Source of the DNA: Podarcis gaigeae | Lineage: Eukaryota | Direction: 5' to 3' (one strand) | Length of the DNA stretch: 64,000 bases | NCBI GenBank assembly: GCA_964106915.2 | Contig: OZ066921.1 | Shown here: one piece after another, positions 1 to 13,950 of the stretch | How positions within the stretch are numbered: position 1 is the stretch's first letter | Layout of the letters: each line of letters begins with the position of its first letter | Notes under the pieces: generated by a model | The model's database searches: none | Seen by the model: the letters and a program-made list of their open reading frames with translations, nothing else | What the model was told of the DNA's origin: nothing | Position numbers and translations under genes: made by a program

Positions 1-1724
1 GTAATAGTAGTAGTAATATTAATAATAATAATACCACCACCAACACTGAGCATTAACACTTCTCAGTGAAGGCAAGTCACAAATTCAGCTGCATTTTGTA
101 ACATGATGCTTATGCACAATCATTGCCATGAGTTTCTACAGCATAGAAATAAGGTGAGATTTTGCTCCCTCTCTGAAGTTCCTTTACTATGTCCCACTAA
201 GTTAATGGGAGCCACTAATGACTGAACCAGATCCATCTCTGCATAACCTCCATCCCTTGGTATGAACAGTGATTTGTAAGAGAATGTAGGAACTGGCTTC
301 TATAGGTAATGATTAGTGAATTTGGAAGGATTCCCTGAATACTACGAGGTCTAATGCATTATCTCTTGGAAAGCCAGCTCCAGAGTTATTTTATAAGAGG
401 CAAAAGATCAGAAACACACCACCCTTCCTTCTCAAACTATGGTTTAAGTTTAAGAAAGGCACACAGGAGAGAGAGTGCAACAAAGGTAACACACTGCCTT
501 TCCCAAACCGGTTCCCAGCAGTCTCCTTCTCCAACAGCAGGACACAGAGAGGAATTTGTGAATAGGCTGTTATATTTCCTATCATTTATGTATAAAGAAG
601 ATAATCTATAACTTGCTAATGAAACAGGCAGGAAAATATGAACTCTCACGTTTCTGTTCTTGAAGAACATTTTAATTGATCAGTTAGTGACACTGTCTTA
701 CCCTGGCTCATTTTCTTCAAGTACCTCACCAAGGAAGAAGGGGAAAGTCAAATTGACTGAGGCCTAAAGCCTGCGTTGCAGAGCAAGGCATTGTCAGAGC
801 CACAATTGACATTACTGTCTAGATGCTTTTTTCGTTTTCCACATGTTAAGTACAGCACCAATTTAGAAGAATTACATGTAATAAAGTCCAAAGGACTTTG
901 GACACTGAATTTAAAGGAGGGGAAATGCATCTCGAGTCCTTTTTAGAGATAAAGGGGTATAATTTTTTTATGAGGAAATAAAGGATGATAAACTGTTTGT
1001 GTCATGGAAATCCACTGCATCAGACATGAAATTGATCTGCCTCTAGCTGTTCCAAAGAGCTACTGTCAAGTCTTCAGTTACATCTTTAGGAATTGTGCTC
1101 CTTAAAACCACAGCTGCATAAGCAGGTGTGGTATTTTAAGCAGCTCCAGAACCGAGGAATTCAGACATCTACAGTTGCTCCAGGCAAAAATGCTTAAAAG
1201 GTATAGTGGTCCGGAGCCAACTTCGCCCACCTGGTATCCTGAAAGGGGATGACAGGAACTTTAGCCCAAAATATCTGGAGGGCACTAGATTGGTGAAGAC
1301 TGGTCTAGAGATATCAACACACATTTGGGGACATTCTTCCCATGTCCTGCAAGGTTCCTCAGTATTTAATTAACGTTTTCCTTTTAATTTGGAAGCAAAC
1401 TATTCCCCTAGTTATTCCAAGGCCTGTTTACTAGCTCAATGTAAAACCAAAATAAGCCTGTTAGCTTGAGCCTCGTGGCAGCTGGCAGGCTGATTTCGCA
1501 ACAGCATACCTCATAAATTTAGCCAGATTAGACAGGTACACATATTAAGCTAATTAGAAATTTACCAAGCTCATTGTCAAGTAGCAGTATTATTTAGGTA
1601 ATCACTGTAAAATTGCCTCAACCCTTGGAAATAAACATGCAGTGCGACTCTTAAGCTTCTTTACAGAGCTAAACGGTTTCTTAGTAGATTGCAACTGGAG
1701 TGCCACACTAGAGCAGGGAGGTAC

Positions 1725-1777
1725 CTGTTTCAGCCATTTCATGCAAAGTCATCATTGAATAAGGAGGTTCCTGATCA
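1725..1777 (-). CDS. RSPRY1: RSPRY1 second coding exon (53 nt): (N)DQEPPYSMMTLHEMAET(D)
   Basis: On the minus strand it reads ttttcttccag|TGATCAGGAACCT...GAAACAG|gtacc. Its phase continues the AA left at the end of the 5844-6190 exon, and the peptide matches RSPRY1 as I recall it. The next exon lies outside the window. Confidence 0.93.
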
Positions 1778-4700
1778 CTGGAAGAAAACACAAGACAAAA
1801 AGGTTACGTTAATCATTATCAAAGTTGGCACACTCATACCAGCTAACAATGAAGAGCAATGCAGAAGATCCATGACTGTTTAACAGCCAGCTAAGTTCCA
1901 TGGTTCCTATCCAATGTTAATTTTATTCAGAGTAGAACCAATGGAATGCCTGGACATGACTAACAGGTCCATGAAATTCAATAAGTCTATTCTGAGTAGA
2001 ATCTGGTTGGATATAGTCTCATATCTATAATGAAGAAGAATAACTATCATATTTGTTTACTGAATAGGTTTTTATGCCACCCTTCCTCTAAGGAACTCAG
2101 AGTGGCATACATGGCCACCTGTTTATCTTCTTAACAACCTTGTGAGGCAGGTTAGGCTGAGAGCCAGTGATTGTCATGGTAACCCTGAGCCAAACCGTGG
2201 CTGATAAGGACTTTGAACCTTCTCTCTTCACTACTTCCCCATACTGGTGTAGCAGAAATGTTTCCTAGGCCACAGTCACATCATCAAGTACAGAACCATG
2301 GGAATCAAATCCAGGGATCTACATGTACAGAAGTGCCTGAAGGATATTTATCAGCCCTACAACAAACTGGAAGAAGAACTTTATCCAATGTGGGGAACAC
2401 AATGGCTTTGTGGTGGTGCAGTCATCTAGAGTGAACGTGAAAACAAAGACCCTGACTTGGCATACAAAAACTCTTATTGCACGCAACAGGGCTTCTCTAG
2501 ACAACTGCCATAATCAGCACCATACCCCAGGATTCAATGGCCAGAAACCTTCATTTGTATCATTCATTTAAGAGACTGTTGGAAGCCTTCCAGCAAAAGG
2601 CACTCCTTTGCCTATTAGAAGAAACAAGAAAGCTGATATGGAGGTTTGCCATTAAAACTAGAACCTGGCAGGCCAAACATCTACTGGAACGAACAACATT
2701 CTTGGTCATGTGGTGGAAAATATAGAGGCCAAATGGACCTCCCAAGATGGGGAATTCCGTTATCCATAGAAAAAGCCACATCCCAGCCAGCTGCATCTCA
2801 GCCACCCTTGGAAGAAGAAAAACAACCTCCCCAGCAAATCTAATGGAGCAGGCAGGTTGGTAAGGAAAGTGACTGAGCCCAAACCATTTAGGGATTTAAA
2901 GGTAATCATCAGCACACTGATTTCTGCCTGGAAATAAACTGGCAACCAGTGCAATCAGTTGTTGTGAAAATCTGATGAGCATCCACTCACACTCTCACTG
3001 CCTCAGAGGATACTGAAATAATCCAAATTCTTAGGATAATGAGACAGTGTCAATACATTAATGTAGAATCTTTTCATTATTGCCACAGTTCCTAAAAGTA
3101 TACCAAGTGCTTTTATGAAAGTATAAAAACACAGAGGTCCACACCCAAGGTCTAAAATATAAAAGGCAAGACCATTAAGGGTACAAGAGGGAAGAGGGGC
3201 AGAGTCCTCCATTCAGAACAGAAGACAGAGCACCTCTGGCTCAAGGCCAGCTGCTACACACCAAGTGTTAACGGAACACAACATGAAAGGGAATGGAAGT
3301 TGTGGAGTGCTGAATGACAGAGGGCATGGAAGGAAGCAACAGAACGCTTGCGATCCAATCTTGGGGGGTTGGGCTGGGGAGGAGAATCACAAAACTATTT
3401 TCCACTTATAATGTGACCATTTGTGCTTGGCAATATGTTCTATCACAGAACTGAATGCCCACTGGCTAAGAATTCTACAGAGTGCTTTCCCTAGTAACTT
3501 GTTAGTAGACATGCCCCTTCCAGTGCCCAGGTGAGGGAGTAGAAACAGAGTTTGGGACTTAGCCTAGAGAGACCTGGGTTCAAAACCCTGTCCAGCCATC
3601 GAGCACACGGGGTAGCCTTGGGCCAGTTGATAACCCCTGGATGCTACTTTGAGCCCCTTAAAGGAAAAATAGGATCCAAGCAGGATGAATTTTTACTATT
3701 GCTAGAAAATCCCCCAAAACAGCCTACTCTTTTTGTAGAAAACTGTCTGTTAGTTTATTCAGGTCAGCAGCACCCCCCCAAGTTAAAGCAATACAATGTT
3801 TATAGCCAATAATGCTTGAACAAGATAGTCCTGAAAGCAACTGAACCCATCCCACTGCCCCACACTGTTGTATTCTGTGCAAGTGGGAGAGTCATTCATT
3901 TTGTTCTCAGCACAAGGCTGGTGAAAACAGAGGTCATTAACTTGAAAGAAGCGGCATAGGAGAAGCATTGTACTGCTGAGGTTCAATCCAAGTAAACTAT
4001 AATGCTTGAGAAGAGAGGTGGAAATGCATTCCATTGTGCCCAGAAGCTTCTGTTTATTACATTTATACCCAGTCTTTCCCTCCACCACAAAACGCAAGGC
4101 TGTTCACAAAGGATTCCCAGGCAGTCTTGAAGTCAAACCCTAATCAGACCCAGACCCTCTTTGCTTCAACAAGGTGGGGGCATCACGCGCCTTCAGACTG
4201 TGGCCTAGGACAAACAGAAGCTCCAGTCTGTGCCAGAAAGAGCCTCAGACGCTTGGAGCTGGCAGGTAGCAAAGAATGAAGTGATTATTTAAGGAGTTAT
4301 GAAAGAGCATTTTTGACAGCAGCTCAGATAATAAAGCAGGAAGGAAACTGTCAACACCCTTGCTGATGTTTAAGATACTACAAAGATAACTCAAACTGAC
4401 AACGAATAATGACAATTTTAATCAGGAAAGGAAGCATTAAGGACAATTTTGTTGGTGCTGTTGCTATATGTAGCAGTAGCTCCTCTGCCATTGGAAGGGT
4501 GAGATCACGTCTCTCTCCCTCCTCACATAAACTTTGCTTGCCTGGGATATTCCTTCCTTTGCCTGTCTGTAGCCCCCTGTCCCCAACCACTCCCAATGTG
4601 CTCATGGTTCAACAGGGTTATTCAGATCCAATTCAAACATCACAAGCTGTGCCACCAGAGAACGCACCCAGGCATCACTTCTTTGAAAGTGGCTTTATTG

Positions 4701-5842
4701 CTTTACCCTACTCAGAATCTTTCCACTTATCATTAACCATTATGTAAACATTTGTAAGAATTGGCACAACACATATATCACCGGAGCAGCCCTGCTGGAC
4801 CAGACCAAGCCCAGATTCCTGTTTCCCAAAGTGCTCAGCCAGATGCTTATGGAAAGTCCACAAGCAGGATAAGGGAATCAGTCATTTCTGGCTATTATCC
4901 AAGCAATGGGCTTTATTTGATTCTGAAAGTATCATCATGACTGGTAGCCCCTGGGAGCCTTATTATCTATTATTAATATTATTATTAACAATAATTAAAT
5001 TTCTATACTGCTCTTCATGTCTATTCCTCCTTTAACTCCTTTCAATCTGGAGTTTTAGAAGGGGCAGACCAACAGACCACTCCAATACATGCTTCTGCAG
5101 AAGCAAGTCAACTCAAAGACAGGGGACAAGCACTGCCCCCCACCTATCCACGAAGACATCTTCAACTGCTGAGTTAGGAAAGGGGTCAGAGGAAAGCTTC
5201 CCTAAATAACTGCCTCCTTATCATGCGCTGCCCAATCTTACAATGCACTGCAAACACACAAAGGGAATTTGGTTGAAGAAAGTCAAACTGACTAACAAAT
5301 CCCAACAGCACTTACTAGCACTATCAGAGTGTCCCCTTCTGTCCCAAAGGAAACCTTTCTTCTGCCATCAAAGGTGGCAGAACTACCTCTGGCCTCCAAA
5401 GACCTTAGGCAGCATCTTGTATATTGCTTTTGTGTCTGTTGAAACTGTAGAAGTCTCAACATGACACAAAGACAGTTTGCCATTTGGCTCTCCTCCCACG
5501 ACTGGTGTAGGTATTGCAGTGGCTGCCACTCAACGGAATCAGGCAGTGTAAGGTTACAGGGCCGAGTAGGATTTCACTGAAACAAACTTTGGACGTCAAA
5601 ATGAACTGCTGGAGGGGTATTCAAAAAGCGCAAGTGTTGCGAGGAGAAGCCAAGACGAATCTACTATCTTATTCATGGATTGTTCCTGAAACATCTGTAG
5701 ACATTTCCAATTCCAACATAAAGTTGTCTACTTTTATGCCACTGGAGAGGGACATTAGAGCAGTCTCCACAGATTGCAGCACAGCAATTTACAAGAGAAG
5801 GAAGGTACATCCATGGCAATATTTCTCTTCAGGAAGTACTTA

Positions 5843-6190
<348 letters not shown>

Positions 6191-7773
6191 CTAGACAGTT
6201 TTAAAAGCAATGTTTTTGGGATCCTGAATTGCAGCTTTTGCATCATATGAGTCTGTAACAACTGGAATGGGCAGGGAATGGCTGGGTAAGTGTCTGACAT
6301 CATCACTGAAGATACACATTGGTCATCCAAAAGGCGGCCTGGAGGGTAAGAAAAAACACAAGCCCATCAACTTGGATTGAAATTGTAAAATAATGTGACT
6401 AGCAAACAAGTTCCTTTGCAAGCAGGCAAACAATCCTAATTTCCCCTTTGGCATACCTTTGTGCCCTGCACCAGAAAGGGAACCTGTACCCTCCAGATGC
6501 TGGTGGACTCCCAACTCCCATCAGTCCCAGCCCAGTTCCCCAACCCTGCCTTAAACCCAACAGCTGATGCTACAAAGAGGGAAAACTTGCTTCTTATCCT
6601 CAAATCTGCTAAGGCGCCCAGTACTGCAATTCTGTCCCGTTCAGATACCCAGGGCTATAAAAATGCTAATCAACCACAATTCCCTCCAATTTATCCCCAC
6701 CCTGAAGCATTCTAACATGCTGTTCTCAAAGTAAACCGAAGCGGGAGAGGGAAATGCACGTATACACAGTTCCTGGGGGAGGCTCAAACTGCATCCAGAT
6801 CCCCGCCATCCGAAAACAAATGATCAATGTGAGGTTTCTTGAGGCAGCCAGTAGTAAAGTCCTTCCCACTCCTTTGTGTGAGTCCAAAGCCAGCTGCAAG
6901 GGAGTTGGGTCACTGGGAAATGCAGGTAGAGTGTGCAGCCAGTATAGAGCTTGAAAAATATTTCTGTTTCTCCAGGAGCCAGCCTCCAGTTGAAAAAAAA
7001 GATCAGTTTAATAAATGGTAAACTAAACTAAAAATAAAAATCAAGGAGCCAGACACCTATGGATTTCAGCCTAGCCCTCCATATACCATGTTGCCTCTTC
7101 TACTATGCTTTATTTGAAAAGAAGTGTATTCTGATATTCCAGCCAGCTTACCAAGAATAAAAATGTTATCTAACTATCAAAAAGCAGGGTAAAGAACCCC
7201 ACACAATTCAAGTTGCCCAGTCAGTTTCCATTAGCATTATGCCCCAAAACAAATGGCAACTTGTCAACTGATGGAGGAAATGGCACATAAAGGTCTATGA
7301 AGAATTATCTTGCTCTGAAGAGAGTGGAAACGAAACCCACAGCCTAGTAAGCTGCCCAGGTCCAGCTGCCAGTGGTGGCCCCTCCCTCCTCTAACTGTCA
7401 CCCAGGAAATCTTTGCAGAACCACCCACTCTGCAGCAGAGCAGAAAAGAAGTTACCATCACAGCTTCTTCTAAACAAACAGTTGCCTTTTGCATTGGTTG
7501 TTGTTGTTGTTTTTAAAAAATCAGTTCTTATTATTGTAATAATGTTTATATAAACTGCTTTGAGATGTCTGTCTGAAAACCAGCATAGAAATACCTTAAA
7601 TAAGACCAGGCCAGTGGAGGGAGGAGAGTGATGGGGATGGTGGAGGGCTCAGAACTTGCCTCCCAAAAGCAAGCCAGATGCTGGCACTGGCACTAAGTTG
7701 GCTGCCATATTTGGATAACCATAAAGCTCTTCTGAGCACGGGGTGGCAAAAGGAGAAATGAGGAAGAGATGTA

Positions 7774-8560
7774 CAGTGGTGCCCCGCAAGACAAACGCCT
7801 CGCAAGATGAAAAACCCGCTAGACGAAAGGGTTTTCCGTTTTGGAGGCGCTTCGCAAAACGAATTTCCCTATGGGCTTGCTTCGCAAGAAGAAAGCCCAT
7901 AGGGAAATCTCCGGGGACCTCTTTTAAATGCTAGCGGTGGGGAGCAAAGCCTTTTCCCCCCTCTGGCCTTCAGAAGAGGTCCAGGAAGGCCGGCGGGGGC
8001 CGAAAGGCTTTGCTCCCCACCGCCAGCATTTTAAAAGCAGTCCGGGATAGCAGGGAAGCGCTTCCCGCTATCCCAGATGGCTTTTGAAGGCAGGCGGGGG
8101 GGGGGGGAGCAAAGACTTTTGCCCCCCGCCCGCCTTCAGAAGAGGTCCTGGACCTCTTCTGAAGGCCGGCAGGGGGCAAAAGTCTTTGCTCCCCCCTGCC
8201 TGCCTTCCCGGGAGAGCGGAGAAACACAGCGCGTTTCTCCGCTGTCCCGGAGGGCTTTTGAAGTCTTTGCTCCCCCCGCCTGCCTTCAAAAGCCCTCCGG
8301 GACAGCGGAGAAACGCGCTGCGTTTCTCCGCTCTCCTGGGAAGGCAGGCAGGGGGGAGCAAAGACTTTTGCCGCCCGCCGGCCTTCGGAAGAGGTCGGGG
8401 GACAGACTGTCCCCGGACCTGGTCTGAAGGCGGTTTCCATAGGAACGCATTAATTGATTTTTAATGCATTCCTATGGGAAACCGTGCTTCGCAAGACGAA
8501 AAACTCGCAAGACGAAAAGACTTGCGGAACGAATTAATTTCGTCTTGCGAGGCACCACTG
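7774..8560. mobile_element. Non-autonomous Tc1/mariner (pogo/Tigger-like) MITE with a GC-rich palindromic interior
   Basis: TA|CAGTGGTGCCCCGCAAGAC ... GTCTTGCGAGGCACCACTG|TA: terminal inverted repeats with a TA target duplication; no transposase ORF. Confidence 0.88.
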
Positions 8561-11500
8561 TAACTTCATGACTTCATGACACATGGCCCTCCACAGTGAA
8601 TGACTGGAATGCATCAACAGACTTAATTTTAAAAAATGCAAGATGCTTGTAAATCTTTAAAAAAATAACAACAGGGAAGAGTGATACTGAGAGCTGAACT
8701 TTCCATATAGGTTGGTCCTTCCTTCCTTTAGACCAATTCACACCACTATATTGAGAGTGGCATAGCTGTAACTATCAAAATAACCTGCTTTTGTGAAACC
8801 ACCACTTATAAAAGCTTAGTCATAATATGAAAACTACAATTTAATGGAACAAGGTACAATTTACCTGGATGATTATCAACCCAAAATCCTACCTGAACCA
8901 GCCCGAGTAAGGTGTAGGAAGTACTAATCTATGTGAAAACTCACATTTAGCCCAGTGATGACTAAAACCCAAGCTTTCCACAGGAAACTGTCTTATTCCA
9001 AGTCAGACCATTGGTCCATATAGCTCAGTATTGCTTACATTAACTGGCAGCAGCTCTTCACAATTTCTGATAAGATCTTGCCCACCGATACCTGGAGATG
9101 CTGGGAAGTGAACCTGAGATCTTTTGCATGCCACAGCCCTGTTGACAATACACACATGTGACAGCAGGTTCAACACCTGTCTTGTTGTTTTGTCCACCTG
9201 TAAAGCTATTCTAATATCAAATTATTAAGGAATTACTGTGAGTGATTTGGACCTGGCAAATAAAATCTAAGACTCTTAGAATAACTTGTTTCTAAACGAG
9301 AATGAGAACTAATTTTTCACTTGTTGATTACAGTTAGAATTTCTACCACTCTCTATTGGGAGAAAATAAGTGCTCTACTGATTAAATATAGAAAGTAAGT
9401 GATGTTATTCGTCGTTATTAGTCATATTGATCCATCATACATGAGATATACCATTCTCGTGTATGACTGATATATATATAATCACACAGCCTGAAAGTCA
9501 GTATATTTAGATCATCCAGCACATCAGTGTGTAAGGCAGAAGAAGGGGAGGAACTCAGTTTCACAGATTCCTAGAGGCTGAAGCATCAAGTCAATCATCT
9601 TGAAACATCATAACTTACAACAACCCATGAAATGACTGTGCACCTAGGATTAAGGTACACTGATGCAAACCTATTTAAGTTGTTCCTCTGCCTTATTTTT
9701 TCCTAAACTGATACAGGCTATATAACAGCACGCATAATTTGGTTTCAAAGCACAATGTCCAAGTTTCTCTTAAAATCATGAGGAGCCAACCCATGGTGTA
9801 AAACCAGTGAATTAGCACAGTACTTGGGATGGAGACTCTCAACTAACAAGGGGGAGCTTATTACTCTCCTCAGTTTGCCAGTTTCCTGAAAAAGAAGTTC
9901 TACACATGCTGCAAAGACAAAGATAAGCTGCAAATGCGAAGTTAAGTAGCCCTTACAGAAAGCAAAACTACTCTGTTGGGCACTCAATACATAAACAAAT
10001 TATCTGTGCACCAGCCATCTTACAGCTCACAGTAAACAGGCTATGTAACCCTCAGCTGCCACCCCACCTTAATGCACTTTAGATATATACAGGTATAACA
10101 GCTAATTTGATTGAAGTCTGTATTTTTCCTATATTTTTCACTTAAGTACATCAACCTATAAAAAACACTGCCAGCCAATTTCTAGCTTCTCGTTTATTTA
10201 AGCTTTGTCTCACATATGCCACATACCCCTCGACCCCTAACACAGACAGAACATTTCTGGCAATGTGGAAGCAATGAGTCAGTCCCTTGTGAAAAGACAT
10301 GGGGAGCAGGGGGAGAAACTGAAGTGTATGCGACACCTTTCCTTATCAGCTCTCAACTTACTTTACCTCTGTAAGAGAACAAAATGCATAGAGTGAAGTT
10401 CAACTACCTGGTCTGATCACCACAAGGACCTTGTGTGCTCTGTGCCTTTGCCAAATCTGCTCAGGAGTGTTAGGGGAAACCCTAGAACAGACTTAGGTGA
10501 CACATAGTGGAAGAAGGGGGGCATAATGTTCTGTTGCGCAAGCAGAAATCCTTGCACTGATGAGACAAGGTAGTTAAACACCGTCCATCCAATGCATTTT
10601 GTTCATGTAGCGCTATGATGGATACAACCCATGATGTATAACTTACCACATAAAATTGTGCTGTTCTATATATTTATGAAATTTTGAAATATAGCAGCCT
10701 TAATTTTGCTCAAACAAATAATTTCCAAACCATCATCCAATAAAATTCACAGCCCTACAAAGTTGCAGTAACTTGCTGTATGCACAAACCAGTGTGTTAG
10801 TGGCCAAGAAATGCATTGGGAACTAAGGGTATCATTCACAGGTCTGGAAAGCATTGCACAGTACAACTTAGAAAAACAACAATTTCCAAGCAAGGGTTTT
10901 TGGCCCTACTATCAACAGGCCTTGCGTGGTCTGCCTGTCAGACAGTTCAAGAACTCCCTTCAAATAGCCAGCATGCTTTTGGTCACCTCTGCTTATCAGA
11001 GGAACACACACATTGGGAAGTGCTAATACAGTACTGATGAAAACTAGACTTGGCTACTGCTAGTTCTGTGAATCAAGGAAGCAGCACGAGGACTCCCAAA
11101 TACCAGCCTCTTTCAGCTGCTCTCTGTTAACTACTACAGTACATGTATTTTTAGCAACATGTTTGCCAACTGATTGCATCAGACACAAATTCTTCCAGCA
11201 AGAGTTCTATTTTTGTGGGCTCCAGGCACAACACTAGAAATAAATACCTTTTGACACCTGATACTCTCCTTTTCTTAGCACGTACACACAACACACACAC
11301 AAAGAGAGTGCCTACTATGAGCCGGCGTAACAAAATAAAGACTTAAAAGAACACTTGATTTTTCTACGCAATACTTAATTTCTTAGAAACTCTAGGAATG
11401 AACTGCCACCCTTTGTGAAAAAAGCTGGTCTCCTCCCCCTATATTCCAATTCGTAATATTAAAAAGTGCATAAATCTAGCTTCTGCAAACACAGGGGTAT

Positions 11501-12959
11501 ACCACTTGCAACAGAATATGAAGCATGCAAATTTGGTTCCTTAATTTACTGAACAATTCTAACTGTAGAATGCACATTTCCCCTTGTGCACTGCCTGAAA
11601 CAAAAAGCTGAACAGGCTTGCTCCACAGGCACTATTTTTATGGGAAGGTCTCCAATAAAAAGACATCCACACTCGTAATTTTAACATGTTATCCAATGTA
11701 ACGTACGACATCTATATGATCATCCCACCAAATTTTCATGGTCCAAACAACTCAGCAGAAGTGGTCAGCTAAGAACTTGGCTGGAAATGGTTTTGAGCGC
11801 AGGCGCCTCTAGAGTAAGGAGGGAAGGAATCAATGATTCACAGCCTCAAGTGTTTCCTTACACTCAACCATAATCACCTCATTGTGGAAAAACCCTGCCC
11901 ACTCTGAATTCTTGCCAAGAAGCCAAAGTTGAATACAGGGATGACTTCAACCTTTCAGTTTCCAATCTTAACTCAGTAATAGCTGGATTTTTCCCTCACC
12001 CATCGTAAATACATAAAACCCATAGCTCTAAGAGAATCAACTCACAAAAAGTTAACACAGAGATACTGTTTGCATTTCAAAGAGAGAGAAAATGTGGCTT
12101 GACTCTTTCTGCAAAGAAAACAAGAATGCCCATGTGCAAACTGGATTTTGGGTCTGGTTAAACTTCCCTATCATACTATGCCAGAAATTTCTTCGCATTC
12201 TGTTATTAAACTTGCCTGAATCAGAAAGAGCTTGGCAATTTTCTGAAGTGTAAAAATTACTGTTTAAAAACCAAACAGTAATATGCAATTATAAGAACCT
12301 TATTTTTGGTTTTCTAAGTGTAAATTTGCAATTGGCACCTGAGAAGTTTCTGTTTTGGAGACTCAATGGTCCCCATGTACAAGCTTCCCCAGACCCTCCA
12401 TTTAAAACAAAAAATAGCCCTACTAACAAAACACCAACTATTCATTTGCTTTATGACCAAGAATGGTGCAGTCTAAATCTTAGATTATATTTGGGGTTAC
12501 TCTCTTCAAATCCTACTTCCTAGAAATGGGGCACATATGGTAAGCAAACATTGCAAATCATTTTTCATGTATGATTGACATCAGTTTTATCCACAATCCA
12601 AACTTAGGGTTTGCTGATGTGTAGGTCATAACTGCAGAGGTGTTTCTTAAACGGAGAAATATTTCTGCAGTGCTTGGCTTGGAAGTGGGAAGTACAAGTA
12701 CAACAAACAAAATGCAAAGAAAGCTTGGCTATTTCTTCAACTTTGTTTTCTAAATGAAGTCAAATAAGCAAGAGAATTACAATCTCTAGTCTAGGGCATT
12801 AGAAAATTTCCTTATGCAAATCATTCCACATTACCAGGCACACATTAACATGAAACTGAGCTAAAAGGTTTAGAAGATTATAATTTCATTAAATCTCCTA
12901 TGGAAGCCAATTCTCAAGTTTGGGTCACAATCATATGACATACTTTTAAGGAAAGGTGG

Positions 12960-13950
12960 GGAAATTAATTAATTGATTGATTTAATTTCTTACCTAGTCT
13001 TCACCATAAGGTCTCAGGGAGAGTTAAAACAATATACTGGTAATATACAATTATAAAAATGGATAAAATTGCTATAATTATAAAACTAGTAAAACCATTT
13101 TTTTAAAAACAGGGCAGAATGATATAAATTCAACAAAAGAGGTGGGTCCCACAAAGCAGAATTAAAACTTTGGTTTAAGAGGTGAATCTTCACCTGTACA
13201 ATAAATATTCCAGACACATTTCTGCAGGGAGGAAACTCCATAATTTAGGGCCTGCCACAGAGAGAGCCCTCTTCTGGGCCTGCATTTCTGACCAGTGGAA
13301 GTATTCAAATAGTCTTCAAGGGATTCCACGCACAGAGCACAATGCAATAGTCCAGTCTGAACAGTATCAGGGTGTAGAGTACACTGGTCGTCTCTCTCCA
13401 AAAGGGGCCATAGCTGGAAAAAAGGCACTTCAGGTCACCAAGGCTACCTAAACCTCCAGGGGCAGTAGTGGATCTAGGAGCACCGCCAAGCTATGAACCG
13501 GCTACTTCCAGGGGAGTGCAGCCGCATCCAGAACAGGTAATCTCCAACCTCCTAGACTCAGCAATTCAGAACACACAACATCTTTGTCATCTCAGGATTC
13601 ACCTTCAATTCACTGGTCCACATCTAGCCTCCAAGCACTGGTTTGTTATGGGTCATCACACACTTCTATGTATCTGAATGGTGCTGGAAAGTTGACTAGA
13701 AAGAAGCGATGCATTGGTGAAAAATAAGTTACCTCACTTATCCTCAATGTCGGCAGCTGATACAAAGGGGTAGAGCACACAATCTCCTGCACTGCACCAA
13801 CAGCTAGGAGCTGAAACAGACCAGGAAAGGTCAGGTGATAGCCTCCTCAATGTAAGGGAGAGGTTCTAGCCAAGTGACTGACTCACTTGGGCAAAGGCTA
13901 GACTCACGAGGTACAAGCAGCAGCCAAGGAGGCCAAGCTTCACCACTACA
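12960..13950 (-). mobile_element. Degenerate L2-type LINE 3' fragment (boundaries approximate)
   Basis: A minus-strand remnant resembling RLDYCNAL at ~13340-13360, L2-like 3' sequence, and an AT-rich tail near 12960. Reading frames are disrupted. Confidence 0.55.

Noticed and set aside
7970-8464. Repetitive ORFs on both strands
   Set aside because: Products of the palindromic MITE interior; no DDE transposase motifs.
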